Below are positions 45,811-53,040 of a DNA stretch of 53,040 nt, piece after piece. This stretch comes from Parvularia atlantis (taxonomy: Eukaryota). Where the stretch lies: assembly GCA_943704415.1 (NCBI GenBank), contig CALSCO010001098.1:1-53040 (forward strand), read 5' to 3'. Under the pieces are notes generated by a model that saw only the letters and a list, made by a program, of their open reading frames with translations, was not told the origin of the DNA and ran no database searches. Made by a program: the position numbers and the translations under genes. Positions within the stretch are counted from its first letter, which is position 1. Each line of letters opens with the position of its first letter.

Positions 45811-47471
45811 ATGATGAAGGTCACGTGCATGCGCGCGCTCGCTCACCGGAGCAGCGTCGTGCGGCGCGCGCTGTCCACGTCGTCTGCGGCCGCCGCGCCG
45901 GTGCCGTCCGATCCATCCGATGGCAAGGCGGGCGGCGCCAAGGGCGTGCTGACGGCCGTGTCGACGGGTGCGCGCGCGGATCTGCGCGCCGGAGATGCGC
46001 GAGTGACGCATCCGTCCGCGCGTGCACGCGGCAGGCGTGAGCTCGGCCGCGTCGGCCGCGTCGTCGCTCTTCGTGCGCTCGAACCTGGCCGATCCGGAGA
46101 TCCGCGTCGTGTCGGACGGGCTCGGTACGTCGTCGTCGCGCTGCTGCTGCTGGCTGCCGACGAGACGCGCGCGCACAAGCGTCGATGCTGCACGTCAAGC
46201 TGCCGGAGCACGCCTCATTCTACTCAAGCCTGGGCGCGGCCATCGGCATGTCGGAGCTCGTGCGCCGCACCCCCGTGCGCCCGCCACCGGTGACGATGGC
46301 GAACGCGAACAACAGGTCGAGACGCGCGTGACGACCGAGGGCGGGCCGCTCAAGTCGGCGCTGCGCATGGCCTCGGGCGGCGACTTCTTCATGCAGCTCG
46401 TGCGTCGTCCTGCGTCGTCCTGCGGCTGCTGCTGCGGCGGCTGTGTCTGACGTGCACGTCGCCCGCAGTTCTACACGGGCGCGAGTGCCGGCGACGTCCT
46501 GATCGCGCCGAAAGGTGCGCGGGGAGACGTGCGGCCGCTGTCCGGCGCTGACCAAGGACGGCAGCCGTCGGCGACGTCGCGACGATCGCGATGGACGGCC
46601 AGAGCGACTTTTACATCGCGCGCCACGCGTACCTCGCCAGCACGCCGCGCATCGTGCTCTCGCCGCGCTACTCACGCCTCGGCGTCGGCCTGGACGCGTC
46701 GTTCTTCCACATCAAGGTCAGCGGGCGCGGCGTGCTCGCGATCCACGCCTACGGCGGCCTGTTCCGCATGCAGCTGGCGCAGGACGAGGTGTACTTGGCC
46801 AACCCAAAGTGCGCGCCGAGGCGAGGCGCGCGGCCGACGCTCATAGCCGCGCACGTGCGTGCAAAGGCACCTGATCGCGTGGCAGGCCACGCTCAAGACG
46901 ATGCCCGTGCAGCGCGAGGCGACGGTGCTTTCGCTGGCCGCGTGTTGCTGAGTGTCGCTGACCGGGTGTGCGCAGCGCTCGGGCGTCTTCACGGGTCTCT
47001 GGAACCGCGTCAAGAGCGTGACGCGCGGCTGGGCCACGGGCGGCCGGGTGCGCATACGTCTGTGCTGCGTGCCCCTGACGCGCGCTCGCAGGAGTTTTTC
47101 AAGCTCGTCGGGCCCGGCGAGGTCTACCTCGCGTCGCGCCTCGAGCCGCGCTTCCCGTCGCTGAAGAAGTGCGTGCGGACGCGCGTGCACCCCAACCGCG
47201 GCGGCTGACATCGCGCGGCAGCCTCGGCGGCCTGCGCAGCGAGCCGGTCGTTGTGCCGCAGGACGAGCTCAAGCCGATCGTGCTCAAGGTCCGTGCGCGG
47301 AGGCGTGAGGCGCACGTCGGCGGCTGACGCTCGCGCGGCCGACGCTCGCGCGGCCGACAGGACGGCAAGCGCATCGACGAGCTCGACGACGAGCGCGCCG
47401 AGGGCCGCCAGGAGGACATCGTGTTCAAGGACGCGCCCGCGCAGACGATCCGGCGGAGAGCCAGCGAGTGA
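45811..47471 (+). CDS. AIM24: Mitochondrial AIM24 (DUF124) family protein
   Basis: Arg/Ser-rich presequence, LILLKPGRAIGMS, SGGDFFMQ, GDVLIAP, IKVSGRGVLAIHAYGG, YLANPKHLIAW, FKLVGPGEVYLASR. Confidence 0.8.
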
Positions 47472-47527
47472 CGATCGCTCATGCCAGCAGGCGCAGCCAT
47501 CGCAGCAGAGCAATACACAAGCAGGGT

Positions 47528-50500
47528 CTACCTCACGCTGACGGTCCAGCGGGCGGCGTGCGCGACCGTGAGCGGCAGATTGGGCGATCTGCCGGTGGGT
47601 GGCGGCTCGACCGAGCGCGCTGTTGCGCATCGTCAGCTGCCCGGAGCGAGCCAGCACGCGCACGTACCGGTGCACTCGAGTGCAAAGTCAAAAACGCCGG
47701 TCGACACGAAGAAGAGCGGCAGATCGAGCGTGTGCTGCCCTCCCGCGGCGATCTGCGTGCACGCGTGTCAGCCACCGGCGCATGCTCATGAGCGCAAGGC
47801 ACGCCACCGTCGCCGTGATTGCCGTCAGCAGTGGGCCCTCGGTGTAAAAGTACGCGTGCGCCTCGGCAGGAGGCACGTCGACGCCGGCGATCGACAGGTG
47901 CAGCGCCAATGTGCCGGCAAAGGTCTTGCTCGCGTGGCGGTTGTTTACCTGCGCGCGCACCCGCACAACGCCGTCGCGCTCGACGACGCTGCGGTCGCAC
48001 GCGGCCGTGACGACGACCGTCGACGTCCGCAGCGCGTCCACGTGCTTCGCCGCCACGGGCAGCAGCTCCGCTGGCAGCACGCCCGTCTTGCCGATCGACG
48101 GCTGTGCGCAACAAACGGTCAGCCGCGCTAAAGGCACAACAAGCGCACGCACGATCGCCCAGCTCATCCGCAGCCGCGACGCCAGCGCCCGGCGCGTCCA
48201 GTACAGCTGCCGCCGCAGCCGCTCCTGCTCGGGCGCGAGCCCCGACACGACAAACTGGCGGTCGCCTGCGCCGGCGTTGGCAAGCGCACCCGTCTCCGCA
48301 AAAGCGCACCGTGCACGGGCAGGTCCGCTTCAAACTCGTCCGCCGCCGCCACGACGCGCTGCAGGAGCAGGTCGGCGCGCCCGGCCACACCGCCCGGCGG
48401 CAGCAGCATCGACGGCTGGTCGGGGTCGACGGTGAACGCAACCGGGTGCCTGCGCGCGCACATGAGCCGTCGCACGTCAAGCGGCGGGCACGCACTCGTC
48501 GCTGACGTTTGCAACCTCCAGCGCGAGCACGGCCCAGTCGCCCGGGTCACCCTGCGCGCCGTGGTGATCAGCAGCGTTGCAGCGTACGGCACAACGTGGC
48601 ATACCTGCGGTTCGGCGACGGCGTTGCCACGCATCGCTATGTACGCCTGCAGGTCGTCGCGGCGCTCGAAGGGCACAATCGAGAGCGCCGACACGCGCAG
48701 CTTGGGCGTGCAGCTCACGTTCAGCGGCACCTGCGCGGCCTGTGTGAGCCGCTGCCGTGCCAGCCTCGCAATGCACGTACGTCCATGTGACGCGCGAACG
48801 CGGGCCGCTCGCCATCGGCAGTCAGGCAGCCGTAGTTGAGCTTCAGCACGGCGCCCTGGCTGCGGGGCCGCGTCACACGGATCAGCGCGCGAACGTGCGG
48901 GAAGTGCGTGCGCACCAGTTGGCCTTGCCGTACAGCGTCACGTGCAGTGCGACCTGCGCCTGCGGCGGCAGCGGCAGCTGGCCGTCGAGGCGCTGCTGCT
49001 CCAAACGAATGAGCGGGTACTTGTCTGCGCCGTCGTGCGTGCGTCAGCCGTCAGCAGCAGGAGCAGCGACAGAGGCGCACGGTGGAACAGCTCGTCCTCC
49101 ACGGACGGCGCGCGCGAGTACGTCTCCTCCATCGTCAGCTCGAGCAGCGTGACCGGCTGCGTCCCTGCTCGCCTCATCGGTCACGCGGGCAGCATGCACG
49201 CACGCCCAGGCACTGCGCACCGACGTTCTCGATCGTGAAGCGCATGCCACAGACCTCGCCCTCCCATAGCGCCAGCGGCTTGGCCAGCATGTCGCTCTCG
49301 AGGATCTGTTGCGCCGTCCGGCGCGGTCAGCAGATCGTGTGCACCACTCGTCACCGCGCGCACCTGGATCCGCGGCAACTCCTCAATCACGGCCAGGCGC
49401 ACGAACGGGATTGCGCTCGCGTCCGCGCCCGCCGACGCCGCCGAGCTCGCCGACAGCACCTTCTTGTGCCGCCCGCCCGTCTGCTTTGCTGACGCACTAG
49501 CAGGCGCCTGTCGCGTCAGGGCAGCACGGCAGCACGAGTGCTATCGACGCACGCGCTCGTCCGCACGACCGTCAGGAACTCGCGCTGCATGTGGAACACA
49601 TTCATCTGCACGCCGCGCAGCTCGACCAGCCCTGGCGCGTCTCCGCGTGAGCTCGCGCAACGAATGCTAGAGAAGGCGCACCTGGCTTGCGCGCGCGCGC
49701 CGACAGCAGCACGTCCGTCAGCCGGCCGCGCGCCGGCACAACCAGCGACAAGCCGGGGCAGTCGAGGTCGACACCCGTGCCGCTGCAATCGCCACTGCTC
49801 AGCGCGCGCCGGCAGGTGCTGCACACGCCCCGCAAAAAGCGCACCTGATGCGCAGGCCCTGCACGGCCAGGTCGACCGCGAGCGGGTTGACGAGCGTCAG
49901 CTTGACCTGGAACGGCTCGTTCTGCACCAGCAGGATCTGCGCGTGGCCGGCGCGCGGTCAGTCGGGGTGTCGGGACGCGCACTGCTGGTGCGCACGTCGG
50001 CCGTGGGCTGCCCCGCTGCGGCCTCCAGCATGGGCGTGGACGCGGCGCGCTGGAACGGGTTGTAGATGAACGGGTCGGTTGGGTCCTTGCCGGCCGCGTC
50101 GCCCGGCTTGGCCTGCGGCACGGGCCGCAGCGTCGCCGGCGGGTGTACGAGCTCGATTGCGGTCACGATCGGCAGGTCGTCGAGCGAGCTGGGCTGCAGC
50201 GGTGCGCCGCGCAGCGACATGGACAGCTGTGCCAGCCGCGTCACAAGCGACTGCTGCTCCGACACGTTCAGGAACCCGGTAAACTTGCGCAGCAGGAACG
50301 CCGTGTAGAAGATGCACTGCGGCACGTCTGTGTGCGCAGCGTCAGAGTCGCGCGCAGCTGGGGCTGGCTGCGTCTGTGCGCGCCTTCAATCTGCTCGCTC
50401 AGCCGCGTGAGCTCGTGCAGCACAGTGATCTGGATGCGCGGCCACTCGACCGTGACCGCGCCGCTCTTGCCCTCTGTGCGCTGCAGGTGAGTGCATGGAC

Positions 50501-52189
50501 GCGCCAGCGGCTCACCCGCGCGCACCCTTGGCCGCCGGCGTGATGTCGTACGCGGTCAGCAGGTTGTACAGGATCTGCATTGCGGCGGACGCGTACATCA
50601 GCACGTCAGCGCGCAACACGCTTGCACGTGCCTTGAGCGCGCCCACGGCATCCACCGAAGCCAGTACGCGCGACGCCTCGCGGATGAAGAACGCGGCCTT
50701 GCGCGCAAAGCCGAGCTGGCCGTACAGCTGGATGCTCGTCATGAGCAGGTTGAGTTGCCCGCGCACGCTTAGCTCGGGCTTCAAGTCGTTGGCGCGCGTC
50801 ATAAACTCGTTCGCCAGCAGCGCCTTGCGGTGCTCGTGCAGGTATATGACCATCTTGAAGCACGCCTGCGCAAGCGGCCTTTGACCGGCTGGACAACAAC
50901 CGCGCGCCACCGCACCTCCACGGCGAGTTCGGCCGCGCCGGCCTTCTCGTAGCACGCGATCGCCTCGCGGTACTTGTCGACGTGGTCGCTGTTGAGCGCG
51001 GCGGGCTGCGGCTGCATCAAGCGCGCGTCAGGCCGTGCACCGGTCGTTCAGAGCGCGCATGCACCTCGAGCATGATGGCCGCGCAAACAACGCCCTCGAT
51101 TGCGCCGCCCACGCACAGCCAGTCTAAGTTGTTGAACGCTTTGCCAAGGTCGATGGCACTGCTCGCAGCGCCATCAGCGGCGTGCGGCGCGGCTCGCGCA
51201 GAGCGCACCAGTTGTACAGCGCCATCGCCTCGCGCACCGAGCCGCCGAGCAGGCACGCGTCCGCCACAAACTTGTACATGCGCGGCGGCGCCTTGCGCTT
51301 GAGCCGGAGCGGCGCCTGGCGACGATCACGTTGTCAAACAGCAGAGGTCGGCGCCATCCGTGCAGACGCACGTCCATCGCCAGGCGCTGCTCAAAGTCAA
51401 CGGCCGTGTCCTCGAGCAGCGCGACCTGCTTGGCGATGCTGAGAAGCACGCCGCTGGCGAGGTCGGCGATCATGCTCGAGAGGTAGAACACGAGCCGGTC
51501 GTCCTCCTGGTTCGGGATGAGGATGACTGCCGGGTGCGCGCTCAGCAACACCAGGGCACACGGCCGCGACACGCGCGCACCGCTGTTGCCGCTGTCGGGC
51601 TGCGTGCTCTCCGTCTGCTCGAACGCGAAGCACCGGTGCTCCCAGACCTCCTCAAACTGCATCGACAGGCGCGCATGAGCACAACGTCGAGGTGTGCGCG
51701 ACACGAAAACCTTGTCGGCCGCGTCGGTGTACTGCCGGAACGCCTCGCTCATGTCGTGCGTGACGGTGCAGTCGATGATGCCGACGACCTTTGGGCGCAC
51801 GTGCGATCAGGATTGGCCGCTGGCGCCTTGATGGTGATGCGCACCGCCGCGACGTGCCGGTGCAGGCTCGTGCGGTCGTACTCGGAGTAGGCGGCCCACT
51901 GCTCGCCGACGAACGCGAGCTGCACGGCGCCCTGCTTGAACGGCTGGCGGTAGAAGAACGCTTGGGGCGGATGCGCACAGATCAGCACTCGACGGGCGCA
52001 CGCGCGCGCGCATCGCGACGCACACGACGTCGACGCGTCGTTGAAGCTCGCCGTCAGGTCCGCGAAGGCAACCTCGCTCGCCGCGCGCGCCAGCAGCGCC
52101 GTGTACCGCGCGAACTTGGCCGGGGCGATGGCGCCGACCGGCACGACGACGACGTGCACCCGGCCCGCGTCACGCACCTCGCTGGCCAT
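47528..52189 (-). CDS. TRAPPC9: TRAPP II subunit TRS120/TRAPPC9 (many exons)
   Basis: [88 protein letters not shown]. Confidence 0.93.
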
Positions 52190-52319
52190 GCGCGCTGACT
52201 ATTGTGACACCTGCCTTTCGCCGCCACGTCTGTCGCGTGTCCCAGTCGAGCGCATCGTAAAACATGAGCGCACGCCGCGCCGTAGGAATGCGTGCAGTTT
52301 GCGTTCCCACGGCCACTCG

Positions 52320-53040
52320 ATGCTCCGCTTCGCCGCGCCGCGTCTCGTCCGCGCTGCTGCCGCCGTCGCCGCGCGCGGCCGCGTCGGGCCGGCGGCGCTA
52401 CTGATGCCGGCTGCTGCCTCGCGTCACGTGCGGTGGCTGGCGACCGGCGCCGTGGCCGAGGAGACGCGCACCGTGCCGCCGCCGCCACAGCAGGAGACGC
52501 AGCAGCAGCAGCAGCCAAAGGACGCGCAAGCGCACGACGACCAGCACGCGGTCGTGTCGGTCTTCGACCTGTTCTCGATCGGCATCGGGCCGTCCAGCTC
52601 GCACACCGTCGGCCCTATGCGCGCCGCCAAGATGTTCATCGACTCGCTCGTCCGGCATAGTGCGACGCGGCCCGCGACGGGAAGCCGCGTCTGACGGTGC
52701 GGCGCGGCAGGCGTCCTCGACCAGGTCGCGTCGATGCGCGTCGACCTATATGGCTCGCTCGCGCTCACGGGCGACGGCCACGGCACGCCCAACGCCGTCC
52801 TCGTGCGTCTCTCTTGCGCCATGGACGCGCCCGGGCGATGCGCTCACACGGCAAGGACGCGCCGCAGATGGGCCTCGAGGGCGAGACGCCCCACGGCATC
52901 GCGACCGACTCGGTCCTGCCGCGCGCGCACGCTATGTACAACGACAAGGTGATCCGCCTCGGCGGCAAGCACGCGATCAAGTTCGACCCTAAGGCGCACC
53001 TCATCCTGCACAAGGACAAGTCGCTGGTGCGCCCCCCCCC
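52320..53040 (+). CDS. Fe-S-dependent L-serine dehydratase (SdaA-type) with mitochondrial-like presequence; 3' partial
   Basis: [49 protein letters not shown]. The N-terminus [14 protein letters not shown] is Arg/Ala-rich with no acidic residues. Confidence 0.93.

Noticed and set aside
12259..52189. Functional cluster of trafficking genes (TBC, PX, VAC14, TRAPPC9)
   Set aside because: They are interspersed with unrelated genes, and such genes are common enough to co-occur by chance.
668..53019. Hundreds of long Arg/Ala-rich ORFs in the ORF track (e.g. 1976-3820, 34939-37116)
   Set aside because: They are stop-poor shadow frames of very GC-rich spliced genes on the other strand or frame.

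Overview
This is gene-dense, very GC-rich eukaryotic nuclear DNA, not prokaryotic. Most of the supplied ORF track is shadow ORFs. About 21 protein-coding genes can be rebuilt by hand by splicing out short introns, mostly 45-75 nt. The donors read GYRCGY, branch points resemble CTGAC/CTCAC, and acceptors are mostly CAG. In order the genes are: polycystin-1-like GPS receptor, DUF962, mucin-like membrane protein, ARM-like protein, TBC Rab-GAP, monofunctional DHFR, intronless bacterial-type nitrilase, large talin-head FERM protein, intronless ART-fold candidate, secreted cyanophycinase-like S51 peptidase, PX protein, VAC14, FHIT, TPR protein, degenerate histidine kinase, LipB/LIPT2, AUP1-like protein, CTU2, AIM24, TRS120/TRAPPC9 and Fe-S L-serine dehydratase (partial). 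A short DUF3505-like zinc-finger relic lies between CTU2 and AIM24. Gene content suggests an amorphean, possibly early-branching opisthokont, protist (inference only). The top observation is the N-terminus of an IS607-family serine transposase running off the left edge, which the ORF track missed. It has a 26-bp direct repeat upstream, and a TnpB/Fanzor2 partner is predicted just outside the window. Also notable are an unusually high rate of GC-AG introns, the candidate ADP-ribosyltransferase and an in-frame splice route that could fuse VAC14 to FHIT. All calls come from manual translation and motif recognition; no database searches were run.
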